Source of the DNA: an uncultured Clostridia bacterium | GTDB taxonomy: Bacteria > Bacillota > Clostridia > Christensenellales > Borkfalkiaceae | Length of the DNA: 64,000 bases | Direction of reading: 5' to 3' | Assembly (NCBI GenBank): GCA_930990665.1 | Contig: CAKNQN010000006.1 | Location: forward strand, 17,122 to 81,121 | Shown here: in pieces, positions 1-7,752 of the stretch | Layout: every line of letters begins with the position of its first letter | Numbering within the stretch: position 1 is the first letter of the stretch | Position numbers and translations under genes: made by a program | The notes under the pieces: model-generated | What the model was told of the DNA's origin: nothing | Seen by the model: only the letters and a program-made list of their open reading frames with translations | The model's database searches: none

Positions 1-267
1 TGCGGGCAGGCTGCGCGGACGGATGTGCACGGCGGAAAAGGGGTGCAGCGGTATGACCGTGATCTCCGTTTCGCCGCTCATCGCAAAGGCAACAAAATTG
101 CAAAGTTCCGTCTGCTCGATCTGGCGCTGGTGGCCCGGCCAGCGGCGGTTGAAAGGATAGGCGGAGACGCGCGCCGTCTGCAGGGGCACCTCCCGCCCGT
201 TTACCAAGACACGATAGTCGGCGCAGCTTTCCTTTTCCGGCGCCGCAGGATAAATTTTTACAGACAT
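1..267 (-). CDS. 5' part of a probable pectin-lyase-fold / GH28-like glycoside hydrolase (runs off the left edge)
   Basis: Not in the ORF track. GAGGAG RBS, then ATG at 267, open to position 1: MSVKIYPAAPEKESCADYRVLVNGREVPLQTARVSAYPFNRRWPGHQRQIEQTELCNFVAFAMSGETEITV...VHIRPRSL. This resembles the N-terminal module of GH28-like beta-helix proteins. Confidence 0.6.
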   Translation of the reverse strand, partial: MSVKIYPAAPEKESCADYRVLVNGREVPLQTARVSAYPFNRRWPGHQRQIEQTELCNFVAFAMSGETEITVIPLHPFSAVHIRPRSLPA

Positions 268-307
268 ACATGGCTCCTCGCGCAAGTTGCGCTTTTTTCT
301 CTGCTAT

Positions 308-336
308 ACTATAACCCGAATTTCTTTCGCCGTCAA
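308..336 (-). promoter_or_regulatory. sigmaA-type promoter for the leftmost gene
   Basis: TTGACG-N17-TATAGT on the minus strand. Confidence 0.5.
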
Positions 337-402
337 CCGGTGCGGGAAAATTTTTTCGCAAGGGCACGGACAGGAGTTTTTTTCTCTTCGATCCGCCCGA
401 AA

Positions 403-2445
403 TCAGGCATGCGGATCTTTTTTTACGCTGTCTGCCAGTTCCTTCACCCACTGCCGCAGGGTGGGGACATCCACTTTGACGCGCGCGGAGACGCGCTCGT
501 ACGGCATTTTCTGGTTGACGATGAGGTCGACGCAGTCCAGCTTATAGCGGCGGGACTTATAATACCAGACCAGCTCCGGATCGGAGACCAGCTCGCGAAG
601 GGCCCAGCCCTCGCGGAATTCATTCTTGATCGCGGGCGTGAGCAGGCCGTTGATGCGCATGTTTTCGGCAAACTCGGCAAAGAGCGCATCCTTGCCGCCG
701 AGGCCGTAGGCATCGTAATTGCGCAGAAGCATGTACTGCGGAATGAGCATCGCCAACGCGAAGCGACGCTCGTACATCTGCTTTTCCGCATCCGAAAGGG
801 AGGAGGCGCGCACCGCGGCGATCCCCTCGCGCAACAGGCCGATGCACCCTGAGAGAAACTCCGAAGGAAAATCGGCAGGGTCCATGCCGCCCGTCCAGTC
901 GTTCATGGCGACAAAATAGTCGCCGCGCGCGATCAGCTCCGAAAAATGCCCTTCCATCCGCTCGAAAAAGCGGTGCGCATAGGAGGCAAAGGGGCCGTGA
1001 TAGGCGTCTATAAATTCCCGCGCGAGGGCGTACACGTCCGCCCCGTCGTCCCAATACAGTCTGGATGCGACATAGGAGCGCAGCAGCGTCGACCACTCGC
1101 GGTAGACGGTGTAGCCGGAAAGACTCATCAGGTACTCTGTGCCGATGCTCTTATAAAAGCGGACGTTCTCCGCCATGGTGCGCAGCGCCGGAAAATACCA
1201 GAAATAGGCGTCGTAATTGGCGCAGTAATCCCAGATCATGAACTTTTTCGTCACCGCCGACCAGGCCCGGAGATTTTCCACCGCCGGGCGGCTCTGGCGC
1301 GGGTCGGTAAAGCTGTAAGCCTGGTTGTAGCCGTCGGCGGTAAAGATGCAGTAACGCACGAACACGTTCTCCCGCAGCCGCAGTTCGGGCGGCACGCTGT
1401 ACCCGTCCGGGCCCTTCTTTACCGGCGGGCGGTAGCACCAGGAATAGGCAAAGATAACGATGTTCGTCTCCCGCCCGATCCCCTCCTGCTTTTTCCACTT
1501 CTCGATCTCGCGGGACAGGGCGTTGACGAAGAGCAGGACGGTCGCGCTCCGCTCGCCGTACTTTCTGTACGCCCGCTCGCAGCGCTCACAGCGGCAATAG
1601 TCGTTCGCATCGTTGATGCCGAGCATGAAAAATTTCGAATCGCTCGTGCGGATGAATTTTTTCAGGCTCTCCAGGGCGATCTGAAAGACGCTCTCGCCTG
1701 CGGATTCGTCCACGCTGCCGTCGTCATGAAGGCCGTTGAGATAGCACACGTCGTCGAAGGTGGTCTCGTCGCTGGTGTGCGAAACGAAAAACTCGGGGTG
1801 CGTCTTGCCGTATTTTTCTTTGGATACGTAGCTGAAAATGTTGTGATCGGTGCGGATCTCCTTGTACCACTCCGCATCGTACCCCCATTCCGGACGGACG
1901 GGGGAATAGTCGGAAAACATGCGGCGATGCACGCCGTACAGCGTATCGGCATAGTCGGGATTCTGGATGGTAAAAAACAGGCCGCCGTCGTAAAAGTTGC
2001 GGAAACGGAAGACGGGCTTGCAGATGCGGACCCCCTCTTCGACCTCGACCGTGTCCCGCGCGGGCACCAGCGTTTCGCCGGGAGAAAGAAAGCGGACGCC
2101 GAGATACCGCTCCGCAAATTCGCAGACGCCGTACACGACGCCCCGCCCGCACGCGCCCTGCACAAAGACGCGGCCGCCCGACGCCGCGATGACGAATCCG
2201 TCGTAGTTGAGTTCGCGCTCGCCCGTCGATATGCCCAGCGCGGCAAAGGCGCGCGTGCCGCCGATAAAGATGCCCGGCTCGCCCGCCTCCCCTTCCGCGG
2301 CGATGGGAAGGGTGACCCCCGCCGACGCGGCGATGTACTTTTGCAGTTCCTCCGCCGCGAACCGCTCGGGCGGCGTGGCGGCATCGGGCAGAACGATCTT
2401 AAACCTGCTGCTGCCGCAGGACGCGATGCAGATCTTCTCTTTCAT
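403..2445 (-). CDS. DUF4838-family glycoside-hydrolase-like protein with a C-terminal HTH-like extension
   Basis: N-terminal GH67/GH20-like domain (AAEELQKYI, DGFVI, RGVVYGVCEFAERYLGVRF), then THPEFF, CRCERC, FAY and IWDY motifs typical of DUF4838. Confidence 0.8.
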   Translation of the reverse strand: MKEKICIASCGSSRFKIVLPDAATPPERFAAEELQKYIAASAGVTLPIAAEGEAGEPGIFIGGTRAFAALGISTGERELNYDGFVIAASGGRVFVQGACGRGVVYGVCEFAERYLGVRFLSPGETLVPARDTVEVEEGVRICKPVFRFRNFYDGGLFFTIQNPDYADTLYGVHRRMFSDYSPVRPEWGYDAEWYKEIRTDHNIFSYVSKEKYGKTHPEFFVSHTSDETTFDDVCYLNGLHDDGSVDESAGESVFQIALESLKKFIRTSDSKFFMLGINDANDYCRCERCERAYRKYGERSATVLLFVNALSREIEKWKKQEGIGRETNIVIFAYSWCYRPPVKKGPDGYSVPPELRLRENVFVRYCIFTADGYNQAYSFTDPRQSRPAVENLRAWSAVTKKFMIWDYCANYDAYFWYFPALRTMAENVRFYKSIGTEYLMSLSGYTVYREWSTLLRSYVASRLYWDDGADVYALAREFIDAYHGPFASYAHRFFERMEGHFSELIARGDYFVAMNDWTGGMDPADFPSEFLSGCIGLLREGIAAVRASSLSDAEKQMYERRFALAMLIPQYMLLRNYDAYGLGGKDALFAEFAENMRINGLLTPAIKNEFREGWALRELVSDPELVWYYKSRRYKLDCVDLIVNQKMPYERVSARVKVDVPTLRQWVKELADSVKKDPHA

Positions 2446-4480
2446 ACTCTCTCCTGTCTTCCAGCGCGATGCGCAGGGAATTGCCGGGCGCGACTTCCAC
2501 CCTCTGTCCGGCGCGGCAGGGCGCGCCGTTCACGGCGACCGCCGCGGGGATCTCCACCGTGACCCCCTCGCCGATCGCTTCGACCGTGTATTCTCCGCCC
2601 CGCTTGCACACGCGGATACTGCCGCGCACGGCGGGGGCTTCCAGCTCGAAATCGGGCATGCACGCGATCTGTTCCGGCCGCACGATCACCTTGCCCTGCC
2701 TTACACCCAGGCCCGCAAGATAGCCGCCGATGATGTACAGCGGGGTGGCGCCCCAGGCGTGGCAGAGGCTCTTGCCGTACTTTCTGCCGTACATGGCATA
2801 CTTTTCCGCGCCACGCTCGGCGGGGTCGTACAGCTCCCAGAAGGTACTTACACCTTCCTTTGCCATGCCGCCCCAGTACTCCGTCATGCGCTCGTACACG
2901 AGCGCCTTTTCCCCCGCACTCGCCAGCGCCGCCAGTTCGAAAAACATCATGTAGGGGGTCTTCGTGTCCGGGATCGCGTCGTTGAGAAGCACGTTTTGGA
3001 GGATCAGACGCTGCTGGTGCGGCGTGGCTATGCCGAACAGCACCGCCATGAGGTTGGGCTGGCGCATGACCGTGCGGTTGGGTTTTCCGCCGACCAGCGA
3101 ATAGATGTAACAGCCCGCCTCTTCGCTCCATAATTTCTTTTGGATATTCTCATAGAGACGCGCGGAAAGAGCTTCGTATTTTTTCGCCTCTTCCCGCTCG
3201 CCCAGCACCCCCGCCAGCCTGCCCATGCTGCGCAGCGCGGCGCACAGGAGCATCTGGTTGTACGAGAGCGCCCCCGCGGAAGGGTTGGTGTCGCTCCAGT
3301 CGACAAACACCCAGTCTTCGGGATAGCCGACCATGAACCCGTCTTTGTCCAGGCGGGATATGCAGAACTGCGCGAGCGCCCCGGCGCGCGGCCAGATACG
3401 GCGCAGAAATGCCTCGTCCCCTGTCTGATCGTAAAACTCCTCGACGGCGATCAGCACGAGAAGGGAATAGGAATTGATGTTGTTGATGTGCTGGCGGAAT
3501 CCGTATTTTCCCACGCCGAGAAGCCCGACGAGGGTGCGCTTTGCCGTTTCGGTGTCAAAAAACCCGAAACGGTTCATGAGGATGCTCTGGTAGGCGTCGC
3601 CGCCCCACACCCAGCGGTCGCGCTTGACCCCGTCGAGAAAAAACAGGCGGGTCGTGAGGTCCATCGTGTGCATCGAGATGTCCCAGATGCGGTTGAGAAG
3701 GGCGTCTTCGCTGTGGAAACGGGTGCGCTGCGCGTGCGGAACGTACTCTTCGAGCACTTCCGGGCCTTCAAAGGATACACCCTCCGCGCCGACGGTAAAA
3801 TAGCGGAAACCCTTGGCGATCGGGGTGACGAGCTCGCTCTCCCCCTCCGCAGAAAGGACGTCCAGCGTCTCACATTCCTCCGGGTCGAGCGCCTCCTCTT
3901 CCGATTCGCCGTAATATACGCTCAATTTCCCCTTTCCCTTTACGCCCGTAAAACGGAGGTATGCCACGAGTTCTTCGCCGCAGTCGTACAGCGTCTGTCC
4001 GCCCGCGTCGCGCGCGGTACAGCCGTGCGGACGGACGGGCAGCGCGTAGGCGTTGGGCGATACCGCAGGGTCGGTCAGCCCGGTCGTGCCGACGGGGCTC
4101 TGGATGTTGACGCCGTCCGTACACGTCCAGGAGCCGTCGCTGTGCAGTTCTTCCCCCTCGACATAGATGCAGGGCAGCCTCCCGTCGTCGCAGAGAAGGG
4201 CGATATACAGGGAGTGTTCCCCCGCCGGAATGTTCAGCGTTCCGTCAAAGCCGTAGATGTATTGGCCGTCGTCCAGGCGGACACAGATATTGCCGTCGTA
4301 AAGGATCTTTACGGTATTGGTGCGGGTCAGAGTAAATTTCTTTTGAAACAGGACGGCAGGTGTCAGCCCCGCACGGCGGTACATGGAAAAGACGCGCACG
4401 TCCCGCTCATACCGCTTGTCGTTTTCCCTGTTGTAGAGCATGATTTCAAAATCGTCGGGAAAGCAGATCCATTCGCTCAT
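2399..4480 (-). CDS. alpha-L-rhamnosidase (GH78 family)
   Basis: DGVKRDRWVWGGD, FVDW, TFWE and SLCHAWG motifs. Overlaps the next gene by 47 bp. Confidence 0.85.
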   Translation of the reverse strand: MSEWICFPDDFEIMLYNRENDKRYERDVRVFSMYRRAGLTPAVLFQKKFTLTRTNTVKILYDGNICVRLDDGQYIYGFDGTLNIPAGEHSLYIALLCDDGRLPCIYVEGEELHSDGSWTCTDGVNIQSPVGTTGLTDPAVSPNAYALPVRPHGCTARDAGGQTLYDCGEELVAYLRFTGVKGKGKLSVYYGESEEEALDPEECETLDVLSAEGESELVTPIAKGFRYFTVGAEGVSFEGPEVLEEYVPHAQRTRFHSEDALLNRIWDISMHTMDLTTRLFFLDGVKRDRWVWGGDAYQSILMNRFGFFDTETAKRTLVGLLGVGKYGFRQHINNINSYSLLVLIAVEEFYDQTGDEAFLRRIWPRAGALAQFCISRLDKDGFMVGYPEDWVFVDWSDTNPSAGALSYNQMLLCAALRSMGRLAGVLGEREEAKKYEALSARLYENIQKKLWSEEAGCYIYSLVGGKPNRTVMRQPNLMAVLFGIATPHQQRLILQNVLLNDAIPDTKTPYMMFFELAALASAGEKALVYERMTEYWGGMAKEGVSTFWELYDPAERGAEKYAMYGRKYGKSLCHAWGATPLYIIGGYLAGLGVRQGKVIVRPEQIACMPDFELEAPAVRGSIRVCKRGGEYTVEAIGEGVTVEIPAAVAVNGAPCRAGQRVEVAPGNSLRIALEDRREYEREDLHRVLRQQQV

Positions 4481-4541
4481 AACAACCTCTCTCTTCTCTC
4501 CGCCCTCGGCGATACCGCCGCGGGCATCTTCCTTCTATCTG

Positions 4542-5993
4542 TCATTTGACGACGACAAGCGCGCCTTCGCCCGCCTCGAGGGTGAGAGTGATCGCCTTGC
4601 CGTATACGTTGGCCGACTGGGCGCGCTGGATCACTTCGTAGGCATAATTGTTGTCGAAATGCAGCGTGACCTGCTTTTTCTCCGTCGTGTTGAAGTTGGT
4701 CACATACAGCGCCGTGCCGCCGTTGTAGTCGAAGCACCCCACGAGCGCGTCGCCGCCCGATACGCTCCTGAGCTGGCGGAACGCGCCGTCGATGTATTCG
4801 GGATGCGTCGCCGCGTCGCCCATCGTCTGCATGGCGTAGCTGCCGTGCACGATGACGCCCATGTTCGCGCTGTTCATCAGGACATGGTCGACCGCCGCGA
4901 TCTGCTTGTTCGCCTTCTGCGCATAGTAGTACCAGCGCGTGGGCTCGCCGTTGGCCGCGATCAGCCCGTTGCGGTCGTAGTCGCGGCTGTAATCTTCCGC
5001 CTTGGAAAACCACGTGGGCTGGATGAGCGGGAAGTACTGGATTCCCTTGGCTCCGTACGTGAGCGCCGCGTTGACGTCCAGAAGCATCTGCCCTTCCGTG
5101 GGATAGGGCTCGGGCGCCGATTCGATCCACGCGCCCGCGTCGTTCCACTGCGCGCCCGCCTGCAGCATGCGCCACAGCGGCACGTCGTACTTGTTCGCCA
5201 TCTCGCGGTTGATCGAAAGCCCGTCGAGCATGTCTTCCAGCGCCTTGTCTTCGTCCGTCTCGTCGTAGGGATACATCGTCGTGGAGAAGGTGGTGCAGCC
5301 CGTCTCAAAGAACTTTTCATAATACTCTTCCGCCGTGATGACGTACTGCCAGCCCGTGTACACGTTGTTCGAACCCATATAGCCGATGGTGTTGGAAATC
5401 ACGTGCTTGTTGTGGAATCCGAGGCTGTTGTACACGTCAAAGATGCCCTTCAGCTCGTCGAGATGGTAGGTGAACGCCTCGTCGCGCACGTGCAGACCGA
5501 GACAGGAATCGTACTCCGCATATTCCAGCATGCGGCGGGAAAACTCGTTCATGTCGATGTCTTCGGGCACGAAGGTGTGCGCCATGGCCGTGTAGTCGTC
5601 GAGAAGCGGGTTGAGCTCTTCATCCTTGACAAAGATGCCGACGCCGAATTTTTCTCCCTGTTCGAGCAGTTTGAGCGTCGCATCTTCGGTGACGGTGTTG
5701 TAGTAGACGATGGCGTTCACGCCGCTGTCGGCGATCTTCTGAAAGATGTCGTCGGAATAGTAATCGGGGAAATTTTCGCAGTTGATGACCACTTCGTGCG
5801 AGACGTACGGGCCGAAAAATCCGCCGATCGGCATGACGTCCTTGCCGCCGAGAAAATCAAAATAGACGGATTTGTATGCGACGGGCGTCGTCTTTTCGGA
5901 GACCGCATAGCCTTCCTCGCCCGCACACGCCGCCGCGGGAGCGATGAGAAGCACGCCCGCCAGCAAAGATGCAAGTCCTTTTAACTTTTTCAT
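4542..5993 (-). CDS. lipoprotein, putative TIM-barrel glycoside hydrolase of unassigned family
   Basis: Signal peptide with lipobox AAA-C; GLHVRDE, LTYGAKGIQYF and a C-terminal beta-sandwich ending TLEAGEGALVVVK; PUL context. Confidence 0.7.
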   Translation of the reverse strand: MKKLKGLASLLAGVLLIAPAAACAGEEGYAVSEKTTPVAYKSVYFDFLGGKDVMPIGGFFGPYVSHEVVINCENFPDYYSDDIFQKIADSGVNAIVYYNTVTEDATLKLLEQGEKFGVGIFVKDEELNPLLDDYTAMAHTFVPEDIDMNEFSRRMLEYAEYDSCLGLHVRDEAFTYHLDELKGIFDVYNSLGFHNKHVISNTIGYMGSNNVYTGWQYVITAEEYYEKFFETGCTTFSTTMYPYDETDEDKALEDMLDGLSINREMANKYDVPLWRMLQAGAQWNDAGAWIESAPEPYPTEGQMLLDVNAALTYGAKGIQYFPLIQPTWFSKAEDYSRDYDRNGLIAANGEPTRWYYYAQKANKQIAAVDHVLMNSANMGVIVHGSYAMQTMGDAATHPEYIDGAFRQLRSVSGGDALVGCFDYNGGTALYVTNFNTTEKKQVTLHFDNNYAYEVIQRAQSANVYGKAITLTLEAGEGALVVVK

Positions 5994-6379
5994 TTCCGGT
6001 TCCCCCCTTTGCTTTTTTTCCGCGCCGCAATGAGCGCCGCCGCGCCCATGAGCGCCGCCGCCGCGCGTGCCACGCCGTAGATCTCACCCCCATCGCGCGC
6101 CTCCGCCTCTTCGGCGGTGCTCGTCCAGCTCATCGTGATGTCCTCGGTCGTGGGAACGCTGTTCACAAACCACCCGGATGACGCAAATTCAAAAGAAACA
6201 TCGTAGCTGATTCCTTCCGCCTTTGCGCGCAGGTCCTGCGACAGTTCCAGCTTGTGCCGCGCACCCTCCGCCGCCGCCCCATAGGGCAGCAGCATGAGAA
6301 ACACGCCGACTACAAAGCTCACCGCCATGACGGCCGCCAGACAGACGGACAGGATCAGCCTTTTGCTCTTTGCAATCAT
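5990..6379 (-). CDS. small exported, membrane-anchored hypothetical protein (possible internal-deletion remnant)
   Basis: AGGAG RBS; signal peptide ending AAAE; C-terminal hydrophobic stretch plus RKKSK; 4-bp ATGA overlap with the next gene. Confidence 0.55.
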   Translation of the reverse strand: MIAKSKRLILSVCLAAVMAVSFVVGVFLMLLPYGAAAEGARHKLELSQDLRAKAEGISYDVSFEFASSGWFVNSVPTTEDITMSWTSTAEEAEARDGGEIYGVARAAAALMGAAALIAARKKSKGGNRK

Positions 6380-6410
6380 TTTACTCCTTTCCCTCCTTTC
6401 GAAAAAGTCG

Positions 6411-6425
6411 ATGAAAACGCATTCT
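6411..6425. promoter_or_regulatory. cre-like (CcpA/LacI-family) operator downstream of an extended -10 promoter
   Basis: ATGAAAACGCATTCT fits WTGNNANCGNWNNCW. Minus-strand TGnTATAAT lies at 6442-6450. Confidence 0.45.
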
Positions 6426-6684
6426 TTACGTTTGCAAATTTATTATAACACGCTTTTTTCGCGAATTCTATCGCATAGTTGACCAAAAATATCTAATTTG
6501 TGACATAGCAAAACGCGGCGTTTTTTCTGTCATTTCACGATAATTCGGCATATTTTGTGAAATAAAATCAATATTTGTTTTATAATTTCAGAAATATATG
6601 TTTTTTCGAAGAAATTTACGGGGATTTTTTAGGCCGTTCGATCTTTCGGGACGAAATATTGCAAAAATTTTTTTGTCGATTTTA

Positions 6685-6713
6685 TTGATTTTTTCGCTTT
6701 CCTTGGATATAAT
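6685..6713 (+). promoter_or_regulatory. sigmaA-type promoter of the AraC gene
   Basis: TTGATT-N17-TATAAT. Confidence 0.55.
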
Positions 6714-6743
6714 GGTAGCAAACAAGCGAAGCGGGAGGAAGGT

Positions 6744-7607
6744 ATGGGCAAAAAGATCGTTTTTTCGACGGATGTATTCATCGAGGGAGATTTCGGTACG
6801 CATACCATTCAGAGCGCCTACAATCCGCACGAGCATTCCTATATCGAGATCACCTACGTTCTGGAAGGGGAAGCCCTGCACATCACCACCCACGGCAGGG
6901 AGATGCTCACCCGCAACACCTTTTATATCCTGCGCCCGAAAGATATGCACACCTATGTGGATTTCGGACAGACGGGGGTCTACCACCGCGACATCATCTG
7001 CGCGCCCGCGCTTTTCCGGCAGATCTGCCGGCAGCTCCTGCCCGATCTGTACGACAAGATCCTCGCCGATCCCGATTACATACGACTCCCCTTCCCGAAC
7101 GAGAATTTTTACATGACGGAGGATCTCATCAAAAAGTATTCCTCCCTCCCGTTTGAAGAAAAGGAGCTGCGCTATGCCTACATCAAACTCATCCTCGGAC
7201 AATTCCTCGGCGTGTACATGAACACCCGCCTGCACCCCACCGACAACGAAAACGACCTGTATTTCAAGATCCTTTCCGCCATCCGCACGCCCACCGTTTT
7301 GCAGGGCGGCATCGACGAACTGGTCAAAAACCTCAATTTCAGCCACGGCTACATCTGCCGCATCATTCGCCAGCACACCGACAAGACGCTCATCTCCCTC
7401 TTGACCGAGGCGCGCATCCAGTATGCCTGCCATCTGCTGAAATCGCCCGGCATTTCCATCGCCGACGTGGCCTATAACGTCGGATACGAGAGCTTCAGCC
7501 ATTTCATCCAGCTGTTCCGAAAACAGGTGGGCGTCACCCCCTTCCAATACCGCAAAAAACAGGCGGAAAACGGTCTGCCTGCCCCATACTTCGAAAGAAC
7601 AGAATAG
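6744..7607 (+). CDS. AraC-family transcriptional regulator (cupin sensor domain)
   Basis: HEHSYIEITYVLEG cupin motif; C-terminal IADVAYNVGYESFSHFIQLFRKQVGVTP AraC HTH; GGAGG RBS. Confidence 0.9.
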   Translation: MGKKIVFSTDVFIEGDFGTHTIQSAYNPHEHSYIEITYVLEGEALHITTHGREMLTRNTFYILRPKDMHTYVDFGQTGVYHRDIICAPALFRQICRQLLPDLYDKILADPDYIRLPFPNENFYMTEDLIKKYSSLPFEEKELRYAYIKLILGQFLGVYMNTRLHPTDNENDLYFKILSAIRTPTVLQGGIDELVKNLNFSHGYICRIIRQHTDKTLISLLTEARIQYACHLLKSPGISIADVAYNVGYESFSHFIQLFRKQVGVTPFQYRKKQAENGLPAPYFERTE

Positions 7608-7641
7608 GAGCGGGCCGCCCGCGGCCCGCTCCCGTTTTTTC
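7607..7641 (+). terminator. rho-independent terminator
   Basis: GGAGCGGGCCGC-CC-GCGGCCCGCTCC followed by a T-run. Confidence 0.75.
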
Positions 7642-7737
7642 GCGCTGCGGCGTTTTCCGCAGCGTTTTTTTGTTTTTTTGCGCTGCGGCGTCTTCCGCGG
7701 CGTTTTTTCCGCAGTATTTTATGCTGCGGAATTTTTT
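7641..7737. repeat. degenerate short palindromic repeats (CGCTGCGGCGT(T/C)TTCCGC(A/G)GCG + T-run)
   Basis: Two clear and further partial copies between convergent genes. Confidence 0.45.
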
Positions 7738-7752
7738 ACAGATCTCTTCTGC

